Origin: Hypanus sabinus
Lineage: Eukaryota
Reading direction: 5' to 3'
Length of the DNA stretch: 64,000 nucleotides
Assembly (NCBI RefSeq): GCF_030144855.1
Contig: NC_082731.1
Coordinates: forward strand, 24,552,001-24,616,000
Position numbers and translations under genes: made by a program. The notes beneath the pieces are model-generated. The model ran no database searches. It was not told where the DNA came from and saw nothing but the letters and a program-made list of their open reading frames with translations. Shown here one piece after another: positions 23,712 through 37,800 of the stretch (positions within the stretch are counted from its first letter, which is position 1; each line of letters opens with the position of its first letter).

Positions 23712-25455
23712 AATATGGCAAAACAGCGCTCCAGCTTGTGCAGCGTTCAATATGCTGCCAATGATAAGGAAGCTCTCAAGTTAGCACATCTCATTACAGT
23801 GCAAGGTCTAAGTTAGGTGGTCCATTCCTGCTGAAGCATTTGATGATTTGTCCACGTTCACTTCGTTACAACGTACAGTTGATGTCAGAAGTTTACAGAC
23901 ACCTTAGCCAAATAAATATAAACTCAGTTTTTCAAAATTCTTGACATTTAATCATATGTCTCAGGTCCGTTAGGATGACTACTTTGTTTATAAAAGTGAA
24001 AAGTCAGAATAATAGTAGAGAGAATGTTTTATTTCATCTATTATTGCTTTCATCTTATTCCCAATAGGCTAGAAGTCACAAACAGATTGTTAGTTTTTGG
24101 TAGCATTGTCTTTAATTTATTTAACTTGGTTCAAACGTATCGGATTGCCTTCCACAAGCTTCTCACAATAAGTCTCTGGAATTTTGTTCCATTCTTCAAG
24201 ACAGAACTGATGTAACAGAGACAGGTTTGTAGGCCTCCTTTCCTTCACACGCTTGTTTCAGTTCATCCCCACACATTTTCTACCGGATTGATGTCAGGGC
24301 TTTGTGATGGCCACTCTGATACTTTGCCTCTGTTGTCCTCAAGCAATTTTGCAACAACTTTGGACGTAAACGTGGGGTTGTTTGGAAGACCCATTTGCGT
24401 CCGAGTCATGTCTTCTTTTCTGATGTCTTGATATGTTGCTTCAATCTATCGACATTACTTTTCTTCCTCATGAGGCCATCAATTTGTGAAGTGTACCAGT
24501 CCTTCCTGTAGCAAAGCACCCGCAAACATGATGCTGCTAACCCCATGCTTCACGGTTCGGATGGTGTTCTTCGGCTTGCAAGCCATACCTTTTTTTTCAC
24601 CAAACATAACGATGGCCATTATTTTCAAACAGTTATATTTTTGTTTCATCAGACCAGAAGACTTTTCTGCAAAAAGTAAGAACTTTGATCACTTATGCAC
24701 TCGGGCTATTTATGTCAGTTTTGGAGCAGTGGCTTCTTCCTTGCTGAGCAGCCTTTCAAGTTATGTCGACATTGGACTCGTTTTACTATGGCTGCAGATA
24801 CTTTTCTGGCTTTTTCCTCCAGAAGATTCAAAAGGCCCCTTTGCTGTTGTTCTGTCTTTGAATTGCTGTTCTGAGGCCAACGTACGTAGAGCTATAGGAG
24901 GTAGAATGCATCTCCTACTTGAGCGGTATGGCGGCTGTGTTGTCCTATGGTATTGATAGTTGCGTAAATTGTTTGTACATATAAACGTGGTACCTTCAGG
25001 TGTTTTGAAACTGCTCCCAAGGATGAAACACTTATGCGGAGGCCCACATTTTGTTTTTTTTTTTTTTTTCGGAATTCTTGGCTGAGTTCTTTTTTTATTA
25101 TTTATTTTGGATGTAAAGTCGAATCCACTGAAATTGTGATATGGAGCACTAAAAGTGAAATAATCAGTATGTAAACAATTATTGCAAAAATTACTCCTGT
25201 CATGCCCAAGTACATGTACTTAAAGTCTTGGCAAAACTACAATTTGCTAATATGAAATCTGTGGAGTGGTTAAACAATGAGTATTATTGAATTCAACCTA
25301 ACTGCATGTATACCTCTGACTCCAACTGTAGCTTTTGCCTGCTAACATAGATTTATTTCACATTCCAAAGCCTTAAGGGATGGGCATACTATCTTGGCGC
25401 TGCAAATTGGTGAGACATAGTGATGTCTTGGAGCGGGCAGCCGACTCGCCAGAAA
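23712..25455 (-). pseudogene. Decayed TCR-V-like segment split by a Tc1 insertion
   Basis: Acceptor ccactgag, then VSGESAARSKTSL...LEC, the Tc1 insertion, and a FR3-like end (..GALFC). Colinear with the copy at 25703-25960. Confidence 0.4.
23876..25328 (-). mobile_element. Sleeping-Beauty-like Tc1 element, both termini present, degenerate transposase
   Basis: Left end TA|CAGTTGATGTCAGAAGTTTACAGACAC and right end ...TACCTCTGACTCCAACTG|TA; 1453 bp; the internal sequence is antisense transposase. Confidence 0.85.
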
Positions 25456-25702
25456 CTCAGTGGAAACAAATATAAACACATTAATAACGTGATTTTCAAA
25501 TTCCCACAACTAACCAGAAATTTATTTATATATGTATATATATATAAATGTATTACATATAGTATATACGCATGCACACGCTACATGTCAACATGAACGT
25601 TCCCTGACTATCGTTGAGTGATATAATGCTGGTCCATTTCTCAACCTTATGTACCGATTTCGTGTCCCAGTTTAATTTAAATTAAGGCTGGTTTATCATG
25701 CT

Positions 25703-25960
25703 GATATGGCATAGTAGCACAGCAGGTTGCATAACGTTCAATATGCTGCAATTATATGGCAGCGCAAAAGTTAGCAGAACCCATTAAAGAGCTATATCTA
25801 CATGGGGGTGGGGGGTATTTTCCGCTTATACCTGTTACGATTGTGTACGGTCTCCACTTGGCCACTTAGTTTTCGTCGGAAATGTCGATATGTTTGCATT
25901 CCAAACAATGATCTGAAAAGCATGCTGTTTCGGGAAACGATGCGACCCTTCCGACTCGTA
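25703..25960 (-). pseudogene. Decayed TCR-V-like segment (paralog of the Tc1-split copy)
   Basis: LECKHIDISDEN*VAKWRPYT (Cys-to-Trp spacing typical of V) and gctgtgctactatgc (a decayed AVYYC). No canonical RSS. Confidence 0.4.
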
Positions 25961-27939
25961 CAAAAAGTGCAAACATATGGCTGTAAAACTTTACAGCAAC
26001 ATAAGGTCATGCTGCTCATGGAGTCTTCTCCATAATTCTATCATGGTTAGATTATTAACACTTTGAACTCCATCCCCATGTCTGTTTATTTCTCGCAAAC
26101 TTGGCACCCTTACTAATCAAAAACATATCAGACTCCACTTAAATGTATTGTGCCAGTTGGCTTCCGCCGCCTTTTTTTTATTGCACTGAATTGCACAGAA
26201 TCACCTCTATTTCTATGAAGAATTTCCTCTTCCTTTCTGTTCTAAGGGGTATCTCTCCGTTCTGAGGCACTTCATCAGCAGGCACAAAAAGGTCTGGGCC
26301 ACAGATTGTAATTCTAAATTTGGGTAAGGCCAGTTGAAATGCTATTTCAAAAGATCAGGTAACACTGAATTGAGACATGCTGTCTACTTGCAAATGTGTA
26401 CTTGTAAACGCCGGGCCTTCAAAACTGGATTATTCAGATAACGATTCTACCATTATAATGTCAGACTATGAAATAAAGATATCACGTGTAGGGAACTTTG
26501 ATATTCAAAAGAAATATAAAACGAATCTCTGACTGAAAGAAAAAGCTGACTGTTCGCATGCCGTTAAGTGTGAGAGAACAAATTTAAAAAAGAGTGACGT
26601 GCAAGACTTGATCGTAAATAAAGCTTCTGACTCGTCGGTCTTGATTAATCAAAATACTGAGTGTAGTAGATGGAACGTTAGGTGCAATTTAGTTAAAACA
26701 CTATTGAGGCTATATATGGATAACTCTCTGAAATTTGTTCAACTAATCTGTAGAAAAAAAAGCGTAAACAAAGTCGAAGGAGGATAAAGAATATTTATAA
26801 GAACATGCCGCATGTGGAAGATTCTAGTTATAAAAAATGGTTAAGTATTTTTGGAATATATTTCCGTGGAACTTAGAACAAAAACATAGAGGAAATTTCA
26901 TACAGGTACGTAGATTTATGACAAATGAGAAAGGAGTAAATGCAACAGTTTTTTTATTATCCTCAATGAGTCTCTGTTGGGCAAATGGTGAAGTCGAAAA
27001 GTGTAAATGAAACATGAGGATAATCTTCTTCACTCCGAACTTCGAGTGAATGTGGAACGAGTCGCAAACTCAACTAGTGAACAAGAGCTCCATATCAAAT
27101 CTTAGACAGGTACGTGGATGGGACTGGTGTGGAGGCAATGGTCCACTTATAGGTCAGTTGGAGTAGGCCGTTTAAATAATCTCAACTTCGACGAGATGAG
27201 CCAAAGTGCCTGTATTGGTGTTGTACTGTTCTATGACGTATGTCCCACTATCGTATTCATATTAACACAATGCTGCCAATCCTGTGTTTATACATTTCAT
27301 TCAGTCTCGCTTCAAGTAATGTATCTTCAGACAGAGTTAAGTCTTCATTTTTATTAATGTTGACGCTGTTTGCCGACGTTATAGTAAATTTTGTTTGGCT
27401 ACATTTTACTCCGAGAGTATTTCAAAAATGTTCTGATTGATTGGCTTTATTTGGATTTACAAATGACATTTAACAATCATTTTAATATAAAATAGTAGAA
27501 ACCTGAGACACCGCCCAATTTTTGTTGATTCCCCCCCTCCACCCTTCCTTTTGTTTCCAGTCTGGTACTGGAACTCAATAGATCTTAAGAATTTGCGGCT
27601 AATATCTATACATCACTGTATTAGATTTCATTCCCTTTTGTACAAGTTATTTAATTAATTATGTTCTATTGGTATGATGCAGTGCGAGAGTTTTTTTTTG
27701 TTTATCTTACGGCCTGTATTAATTACATAATATATTCTCATATGTTTCAGACATTTGCTGCAGTAACAGATCCTGATTATTTTGTTGAATAAAACAATAA
27801 TATATTTACAAAAATGCAGAGGATTCCTATATCTACTACCCACCCACACACTCCCACACCCCACACGTATTGTCATTCGAGCGTTAGAATGAATTAAGTA
27901 GCCTATGTTTATCGAGGATTATTTGGAACTTGAGAAATT

Positions 27940-30900
27940 ACCCATGTAAGGGAAGAGTCTGATGCTAAAGAGTAGTCCAGTGGCATTCCCACTAAACAAT
28001 AAGTACTCCTGATTGAATACTGCTGGATGAGATTTAGGGAAGCTGCTCTGGCGGCGCCTCTGTCTGGGAGTTTGGCCCTGCAGTTCCGAAAGTTTGGGAA
28101 AGGAATAGAATGACAGAAGTGATAGGGGACTCTATAGTTATGGGGTCAACAGGCGATTCTGTGGGTGCAGGAAATATACACGGAAGGTAGTTGGCCTCCA
28201 AGGTGTGATGATGCCAGATGTTTCTGATCGTTTCCAGAATATCCTGAAGCGGGAAGGAGAAAAGCCAGAGGTCGTAGGACATATTTCTAATAACAACATA
28301 GGTAGGAAAATGGAGGAGGCCTGAAAGCAGACTACAGGGAAATCGGAGGAAGTTGAGAAGCAGGACCTCAGAAAGTGTAATTTCGGTATGACTGTCTGTG
28401 CCAAATGACAGTGAGCACAGGAATAGAATGAGCTGCAGGATTAATGCGTTGCTTACGTATTGGAACGGAGGGCAGGGATCCAGACTTCAGAATCATTGGG
28501 ACGCTTTTTGTGGCGTTGTGACATGTACAAAAATATCGGTTTGCACTTGAATCCCAAGTGGAAAACACCCTGGCGGAGACGTCTGTAAAGGTTATTGGGG
28601 AGAGTTTACGCGAGAATTGCTTGGAAGTGGGAACCAAACTGAAGTAACGAAGGAAGAATTTTTTCCTATTTGGCTCACAAACAGAGAAAGCTTTGAGACA
28701 GGGCGAGAGGGTGAATAGGCCGGAGTTGGAGAAGGGATGGCGCTCAGATCCATTGCTTGCAATGTGTCTATTTTAACGCAAGGAATATTATGAGGGAAGT
28801 GGATGAGCATGGAGTGTCGAACAGTACTTGGAGATATGATGGTGTGAGCATTACAGAGACTTGAAAGGCTCAGGGGCAGGATATAGTTGTTTCAGAAAGC
28901 ACAGGGAGGGATGAAAGAGAAGTGTTGGCGTGAGAAAGTTGCAAAGAGATCGTGTCATGGCGGCAGAGAAGGTGGAAGTTACGGAGAGATTATCCATCTA
29001 TCGGTGTAATTGAAGAGGTCAATATTCTAACAGTGTGTTTCTAAAGTCCACCCAATCGTAACCGCGAAATCGAAGAGCACACAGGAAGACAGATACTGGA
29101 AAGGTGTGATAATAAAAGGGCTGTTCTTGTGGCAGACTTTAAATTCCGCCACATCGATTGCCATCTCCTTCGAGCGATATGTTTAAGAGGAGCTGACTTC
29201 GTTTGGAGTATTCAGAAAGGTGTTTTGACAAAATATGCGGATAAGCTTAATGAGAAGAGGACTTATTTCATATGGTAATGAGGAATAAACCTGTTCTGTT
29301 GTCAGATCTCTCAGTGGGAGTGCATTTGTATAGAGTTATCAGAATTCGACATTTTTTTTAACATAACATTTGACAGAGATAAGAAGATACTAGTTAGGAA
29401 AGCATTAACTTCGTGTAAAGTGAAATATGAGGATATCAGGCAGGAACTTTGAAGAATAAAATGGAAACTGATGTTCTCAGAGAAATGGACGGAGAAATGT
29501 GGCAAATATTCAGGGGATATCGTAGAGGGTTCTGCATAAGTACGTTCAAATAAGGCAGGGAAAGTACATGAACCATTGTAGTATAAAGGTTATTGTAAAT
29601 ATGTTCAAGAATAAAAGGAGAGCTTAGGAAATGTTAAAATGGCAGAGATAGACGTATAGGAGACTGTAACTCCAACAGAAAGAAGCTGAAGAATCAAATT
29701 AGAACAGCCATAAGGGGCCATGAGAAAACATTATCGGACAGGATTCAGTAAAACCGCAATGCATACTACAAATATCTGAGCAGCAAGAAGATAAGGCGAC
29801 AGAGACTAGGACCAATCCAGTGTGATATTAGAAAGGTGTGTATGGAACTAGAGGAGATCACAGTATTGCTTTAGTGTTGACTATTGGCAATTGTAGGGAT
29901 GAGTTGCAGCGTAATGAAAAGCTTCACAATGTAGATATTCAGGACGCTGAGCTTTTGGAAATCATCAAGTTGCAGAAATGGCTGGGAGCGGGCGAGATGT
30001 ACCCCAGGGTACTGTTGGAAGCGAGGGAGGCGATTGCTGAGCCTGAGGCGATGTCCTTTACATCATCAGTCAGGACGGCGAAGTTTATGGAGGACTGGAG
30101 TTTTGCGGATGTTGTTCCCTTATTCAAGAAAAAGATTATTATTATCCCAGAAAATTTCAAACCAGTGAGTCTGACTTCAGTGGTTGTTACATTAATGGGG
30201 AAGGTCCAGATTGGATTGTTTACGGAACTTTTGTAGAGACATCATGCGATTCGCAATACTGAGCAGGGCTTAGTCAAAGGCAGGTCGTGCCATACCAGCC
30301 TGATTGAATCTTCTAAGGATGTTGCTTAAACATATTGATGAAGGTGGAGCCTTCGATGTCGTTTATATGGATCTCAGCAACGCGTTTAATAAGGATCACC
30401 ATGCAAGTATTATCGAGAATGTAAGAAGGCATAGGTTCCAAAGGGACTTTTTTTTATCCAGAACAGGCTTGCCGACAGAGGAGAAACTGTGTTTGTGGAC
30501 GGGTCATATTCTGCTTGGAGACAGGTGACATGTGATGTGCCTCAGGGATCTGCGTTCGGACCACAACTCCCCGTGATTTTCTATTAATGGCCTGCATGAG
30601 GAAGTGATCGGATGGATCAGTAAATCTGCTAATGACCTTACGGTTGGGGTTGTTGTGGATAGTCTGAAGAGTTGTCAGAGATTACAACGGGACTTTGATG
30701 AGATTCAACACTGGGCTGAGAAGTGTTAGATGAGATTCAAAACTGGGCTGAGAAGTGTTAGATAATATTCAACCCCGTTAAATGTGAGGTGTTTCATTTT
30801 GATTGGTGAGATATTATATCAGAATGTACCATCAATGTTAAAACGCATGGACGTTTGGCGAATCAGAGAGTTCTTGTTGAACTTGTCCATCGAAAATTCA

Positions 30901-31560
30901 AAGCTGCTGCGCAGGTAGACTCTGCGTTTAAGAAGTTATACCGTACATTGGTCTTTATCAATCGTGGGACTGAATTTTGGAGCTAAGAAGTAAAGTTGCA
31001 GATATATAAGACGCTGGGCAGACCTCCTTGAGGAACTGTGCTCAATTCTGGTGACTTCAACAGAGGAATGATGTGGAAACCTTCGAATAGGTGCAGCCGA
31101 GTTTTGCAAGGATGTTACCTGGATTGCAAAACATGCCTTATGAGAATAGTTTAGTGAATTTGGCCTTTACTCCATAGACCGATGAATCATGAGAGTTTAC
31201 CTGCTAGATATGTCCAAGGTTATAAGAGACATAGATTGTGTGGATAGTTAAAAGTTCTTTTCCACGGCTGAAATGACTTGTTCGAGATCGTAATTGTAAG
31301 GTTATTGGAACTAGGTACAGAGGACATGACAGGGGTAAGATTTATTTTCTCCCCGCGCAGAGACTGGTTGGTGCGTGGAATGGGTTGCCCATGACGATAG
31401 TCGAGCCGTTTACGAGAGTGTCTTTGAAAAGACTCCTAGATATGATCATGGAGCTAGGAAAAATAGAGAGCTTTGTGTAATCGGGGTAATGTCTAAATTA
31501 AGGATATGTTCGACACTGATTTGTGGGCCGAGGTGCCTGCATTGGGCGGTAGGTCTATGC
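27940..31560 (+). mobile_element. Long degenerate CR1 element (ORF1 and ORF2 remnants)
   Basis: ORF1 esterase remnant, endonuclease, DWSFADVVPLFKK..NFKPVSLTSVV, VDVVYMD.S.AF.K-like, RT and 3' end. Confidence 0.8.
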
Positions 31561-31569
31561 TTATATAAT

Positions 31570-31950
31570 ACCCATTTTACGGTAAACATTCTGCTACTCT
31601 CCTCAAAACGTGTCTAAGAAACGAGGGGACTGCATTGTCTCATCCCTTATCCAGGGATTGCTGAAGAGTCCAACACTGAGTGTCGGAGTTTTCTAGCATG
31701 GAACGAAACCAAATATACATGAGAATATTCTGTTGTTATACATCGACTAGAGAGTTTTTGGAAAGTTGCTTCCTCCTTGCTCAGTGAATCCTATCCTCGT
31801 TCATATGATTCCGGGCCCTAGAAATGCGTAATCACTTAAGGAATTGGTCTGCTGTATACCATTCCTTTACCGTGTTCATAAACTATTAATCATGGAACAT
31901 ATTTACCTGACAATATTACTTATTAACACAGATTCAAAATATCCTTACTT
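31570..31950 (-). pseudogene. Decayed TCR-V-like segment, 3'-truncated at a CR1 tail
   Basis: Leader-like ILNLC**VILSG with donor gtaaat (31906), an 89-nt intron, acceptor catttctag; FTEQGGSN..TL*SMY and YIWFRSMLENS motifs across frameshifts. Confidence 0.4.
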
Positions 31951-32128
31951 CTTCTGTGTTTGCTTTCTGCCTGGATCAGACTGGATTTAACTGTTTTCGT
32001 CACAATTCTTCCAGCGGTGTTCCAAACGTGTTGTTATTATGTGTACGTTAATGTTGTAAAAATTGCTTAAAGCAACATCTGTCTGGTTCTGTAAAAAAAT
32101 TGTAAATATCAGAACTTGGATTTTATTA

Positions 32129-34850
32129 TGTGCTCGCCTCCAGCCCGCATTACAAAACTCCAGCAATGATCTCGATATGTATGGTGCGCTGTAAATGTCT
32201 CCTTTGTCATCGTCCCGTCTGGCTTTCCAAATCCCTCTCCTATCTCCTTAATTATGCCTTGTTTCCAGTGGTTAGTTTCCCTGTTGCTGCTAGTTCACTT
32301 AATAACAGCACACCTGTTTTCCATCATAGACTGCAGGATAAGAGCTCAGCCGTCAGAACCACTGGTCGCCAGTTTGTTGGTCGATTCGCGTGTGTTAACG
32401 CCAAGTCCAGATCACTTCGGACCGTTATTTCTAAGCTCAGCTCCAGTCCCTAGGTATTCTAGGAAAACCACGTCTCCGGCTCAAGACTCCCCTGGGTATT
32501 TGTTCCTCGTTCGCGACTGTGCAAGTCCCTCTGAACACTATCTCCGTGTCCGTGTCCTGCACTTGGGTTCGCCCCAAGTCACTCCTTGAAACAGACCAAA
32601 CTGGAGAGGAATGTTCTCAGCCAGCACGATCGTCCTGGCACTGGCCCTCGCAAGCCAAGGTAACCAACTGGGCCTAGATGATCGACTGCTCAGGATGTCT
32701 TGGAGGACATGCGTGACCTGTCCGAGAATGTAAAGAAGTTTAGTGTGAAGTTCAACCGAGTACCGCTCCTATTGCTCCATCCCTGTCGAGAACCAGGTCT
32801 GACTAACCCACACAGCCGCGGATGGCAATGCCCTATCGGTCGGCAACACTATTGCCCAGAGAGCCTCAAGTACACGAAACGGAGCCCTATGCTCTGGAAC
32901 TCGAGAGGTGTTCGGCTATCTTACGGCAATGCTGTTTGGTTTTTGAGCAGAAGTCATGTCCGTACACCACTGACAGATCAAAGATAGCGTACATTATCTG
33001 TTTGTTGCGAGGTTATGCATTAGCATGAGCGGCCGCAATTTGGGAAACCAACCAGAGGTCTGTTTTTCTTTCCCACATTCATCTCTGAAATCAGAAAGAG
33101 TTTTGAGCATTCCATTCGTGGTATAAGCGCACACTGTCTCTCCGTCAGGACTCACAATGTGTAGCCCAAACATTCATAGTTTTTTGGATACTAGCGCCCG
33201 ACTCGCGGTGGAATGGCGACGCTGTCCAGGAAGGCTTTCTTCAAGGTCCCTGTGACAGTATAAAAGACGAACTGGCAGCGAGGGATGATACAAGCAGCTT
33301 AGACTGTTAGGTTTTTCCAGCTACCAATCTTGAAAACCGAACCCGAGAACGTCAGAGAGTGAATACTGGTCGCCCCACTCCTAGGGTCACCCCATCGCCC
33401 GTTTTCCCATTTTGACCTATACTATCCTTTCTCCTCCTTCCGCTCCTAGCCTACCTCTCGCTCCGACTATTCCCACTACCCTCGAGGAGGAAGCGATGTA
33501 GCTGGGACAGAGCGTCTCTCTCCCACCGAACGACTCCAGATATTTAAGATCAGATGATTCTCTCCATTGCGGCCAGTCTGTGCATTTGCATGCTATCTGT
33601 TCTCTTCGGCCAAAAGGGAGGGCTCACCAGTAGAAAAATCTATCCTACTGAGCGAGGCGGCACTCCCTTCCGTACCCCTAACCCGATGCAGATCCAAGCT
33701 GCTTTGAAAGATCACCCACAGTCCCTGCCTCTGCCCGCGTTGGTGGACTCCGGTGCCTGAGGGATGCTGTTGGATGCAGACTTAGCCTCCCGGGACGGAA
33801 TTCCTTGGGGACCGTTAATTACCCCTCGGTATGCCCTGGCGCTGGAGTGAAGACTTCGGGCCCGATCTACCCAATTCCCGCTACCCCTGACTTAGATTCT
33901 GTCTGAAAACCATCGTGAGCATGTACAATTTAATATAATCTACTCCTCCACAAGCCCCTGAAGTTCTGGCATACCCCTGGTTGAGCCAGAGTAATCCCCA
34001 CATAGACCCCTACTGTGAGGATAGCCAAGATGAAATCGTTTTGTCACCCAACTGTCCTCAGTCGGCCCAATATCCTGGGGAGGGAACAACGACCTCGCCA
34101 GTCGTGGAACCCGACGTGCAGGGTTCCAGCAGAGTAAAACGATCTCGACAGGTTTACTAAAACAGGTTTACTAACAGGCTTATTCCATGCCACCACAATG
34201 ACTATACGACTGTGCTATTGATATTCTCCCCGGCGCCACGTTAACAACCAGCCGGTTGTATAACTTGTCCAGCCTGAAAGCGAAGCGATGGAGAAATAAA
34301 TCAGTGAGTCTCTCGCGGCGGGCATTTTGCGGCCCTTATCTTCCCCGGTGGGCGCAGGGTTCTTCTTTTGGAGATAGAAATGGGTCACTCTGGTCCTGCA
34401 TCGAATACTGAAGCCTTAACAACATAGTGGTTAAAAACAGGTACCAGCTGCCCCTCATAAATTCAGCGTTTGTAACATGCTTTAGAAGCTAGACCTACGA
34501 AGCGCCTAAAATCTGGTGAGAATATGGGAGGTGGTACAGTGAAAGACGGCATTTAATGCTCCTCTAGGCCAAGTTGTATTCCTGATCATGCCGTTTGGCC
34601 TCAGCAACGTCCCCGTCGTTTTTTAAGCCCTGATTAAGGATGTGCTGAAAAACGTTTTTTTTTTCGTTGTCTTTGATTATCTGATGACATCTTCTGCAGC
34701 AGTCTCGAGAACCACTTTCATCAAGTCCTACAGAGCCTGTGGGAGATTAAATTATTTGCGATGACTAGGAAACGTGAATTCCACGTCCCCTTGCTCAGCA
34801 TCTTAGGTTATATCATCGAGAGGCAAGTGACAGCGGATCCCGAATAGCCA
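32129..34850 (+). mobile_element. Ty3/gypsy (Sushi/chromovirus-like) element: 5' LTR, gag, protease, partial RT
   Basis: LTR TGT...ACA 32129-32533; gag EPY..E..RC...L.QC.LVF....TDRSKIAYII.LL.G.AL; protease ALVDSGA (~33740); RT remnants DCAIDILPG, VKNRYQLPLI, MPFGLSN. Confidence 0.85.
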
Positions 34851-37800
34851 TGTCAAGTCAAGTTTATTGTCATTTCGACAGTAACCGTTGTTATAGTACG
34901 CAGTAAAATTGAAAAAGCGCTAATCCAGGACCCTGGTGCTACATGAAACAACACGCTGTCATGGTCCACTCCGTGAAGTCAGTGCTCCGATTCATGGTAC
35001 AGTCCGTGTACGACAGACTCTGGGTCTTCCGGCTGTTTCATTTTGTTGTCATCATAGGCAGCTGATGCTCGTCTTGAAATTGGCAATATAGGTGACCCAG
35101 GGATCGGCTGTGCGGGGTGCTTCGTCTTGTCAGTATCCCCTTGGAGCAATACGCCAGTGTATGGCTAGAGCAACCATTCGTGACCTCTAGCCCTGATTAG
35201 AGGACCGGCGCTTCATGCCGCCTAATTTTCTCTCGTCGGCGCAGTTACCGTTGCATAGATTCGATCGTTTCCGGGGCCAGGTGAGTAACCGTTTGCCAGT
35301 CCGAGCTAGATATGGATTCGGCTGTTTCCTTGGACAGCAAAGATTGCAAGCCGCCCCGAGACATGGAGCCACCCCTGAATGAACTCCCTTCCTGTCCTAG
35401 ACTCCGTAGAGTAAGTCAGGCCGTATTTGTCGTCACCCTGCCATTGGACCTTTCCCTAACGTCCTTGCCTCCGTGGGGTAAGTCAGGCCGTCCTTGTCGT
35501 TAACCTGAGGCCGGACTTTTCGCTCCACATTCCATCAGAAATCCTGACAGTTCCTCGGCAGTTTACACCAACAGTCATCCCAGCCACGATTCCCAGTTCC
35601 ATCCCGGCCCGGTGCTCAAGGAAGGGGCCCAGCCTTGTGCTCTGAGAAGGAGTCCACGCTCCGTACTCAATGGCCTAAACGAACCGACTCCCGAAGAAAC
35701 TAAGCCTCAAATAATGCAAGCCTCGAAGTACCCAAGCCTTGGGGAACACTAGCCACGAAAAACCCTTACCTAGAGGAACCTATGCTTCAAGGAACCCTAG
35801 ATTCGTGGAATACCAGCCTCGAAGAACCCTAGCCTCATCATGAGCTCTCCAGGTGCCGGGGTCGGAGCCGGAGTCAAGACCCAGGTTATGGGTCGTTTTC
35901 TTTTCTCTGGCTCGGAGTCCAAGCACAGACACCTAGCTCCTAGTTTTTCGTTCTGAATCCGCTTTCCTCGCCCAAGTTTGTGTTCCTGTCCCAGTTCCTA
36001 GACTGTGTCCAATCCCGTCCCTAACTCTATCCAGTTCAATTCCCAGTACTTCAGAGACTGTGTCTTGCTTTTGGGTCCGCCTTCAGTGCCCACCAAATGA
36101 CAGAGCGAACCAGCCAGACATTGACCCGGCATCATGGTCACTGTCGGCTAACTCTCGTCATTCTGGGATCCTGCCGGATTGAGTGGATTGTTTACTCCCC
36201 TCTCCCCAACACGACCGGGTCTTCTTTTGACCTGGCGAGCCTGTTCGTTCGCCATGAGTGTGCCTTAGAGCTGCTGGTATTGGGGGGTGTTACAGTCACG
36301 GTCCAGGTCCCTCCTATTATTCCGCGTTCCTGTTCACGGTGCGGTCCGTGGAATCCGTACTCCGAGTCCTCTGACTGCCTATTGCTTCAGTTGGGTTAAA
36401 TCCTAGGCTTTCCTGGGGCCAGCTGAGCGGCCGTCCGCCAAGCAGAGCTCTATAAGTATTCGAATATTTCCTTGTCCAGCAAAAGTTGCTGGCCGCCCCG
36501 AGACTTGGAGCCACACCGAAATAGGCTCCCTTCATGTCCGAGCCTCTGTGGGGTCAATCAGGGCGTCTTTCTCCTTACCCTCCGGTTCGATCTGTCCCTT
36601 CATTTCCTACTCTCGGTGGGGGTAAGCAAAGCCGTCTTTGCCGTTACCCTGACGCTGGACTTTCCCGTTTCTCTCTGAATCCCTGACAGTTCCTCAGCGG
36701 TTTACCTCGGCAGTCATTCGGGTCCCGTATCCTAGTAGCATCACTGTGCGGCGTCCAAGGAAGTGGCCGGCCCTGCAAAAGCATCCCGGCCTTGCGTCCT
36801 TGGAGCGGTTCCAATCCTGTGGTCGAAAACGGAGTCCTGGCTCCGTACTCAATGCCCTAGCCGAGCCGAGCCTCGAAGAAAACAAACCTCGAGGAAACAA
36901 AGCCTCGAGGAACACAAGCCTCGAGGAAGGCCTAGGGAAGCACTAACATTGTCATGTCCTCGCCTGGTTCCAGGGACAGATTCCGAATTAAGACCCAGGT
37001 TCTGTGTCCTTGTCCAGCCTCTGGCTCGTAGTCCAAGCCCACACTCCTAGTTCCCAGTTCCTTGTCCTGGTCCCTTTACTAGGCCCAGCCTGTGTTCCTA
37101 TCCCAGCTCCTATTCTGTGTCCTGTCCCTTCCCTAACTCTGGACCAATCCAGTTTCCAGTACTTCAGTGTCTGTGTCTTGCATTTGGGTCCGTCTTCAAA
37201 GGCCACAGAGCTACATATCAGTCTCGACTCTGAATAATGGGGAGTCTGATGGCTTGAGGGAAGAAACTGTTGCACAGTCTGTTCGTGAGAGCCCGAATGT
37301 TTTGGTTCCTTTTGCCNNNNNNNNNNNNNNNNNNNNNNNNNNNNNNNNNNNNNNNNNNNNNNNNNNNNNNNNNNNNNNNNNNNNNNNNNNNNNNNNNNNN
37401 NNNNNNNNNNNNNNNNNNNNNNNNNNNNNNNNNNNNNNNNNNNNNNNNNNNNNNNCTTTGCGGGTGCAGCGTATGGTGTAAATGTCTGTACTAGAGACCA
37501 CAAAGATCTTCCCAAAGGACCTCATTACCCGCTACATGGTGTTGCGATCCGAGATAATGCAATTCCCGAACCAGCCAGTGAAACAGCTGCTCTGGTTGCT
37601 CCCGATACATCCTCTGTAGATTTTGATGAGGATGGGGACAGGTGTGTGTGTGTTGGACTTTTCTTAGCCTTCACAGAAAGCAGAGACGCTGCTGGGTTTC
37701 CTTGGCTATGGAGCTGGTGTTGAAGGAACAGGTGAGATTCTCCGCTGGCTGAACAGAAAGAAGTGTGGTGTTCTTAACGATATCTCCCCCGGAGCCGTCG

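Noticed and set aside
35690-36930. Short spaced repeats (AGCCTCGAAGAA) superficially like a CRISPR array
   Set aside because: The sequence is eukaryotic, the repeats are irregular and lie inside LTRs, and there are no unique spacers or cas genes.
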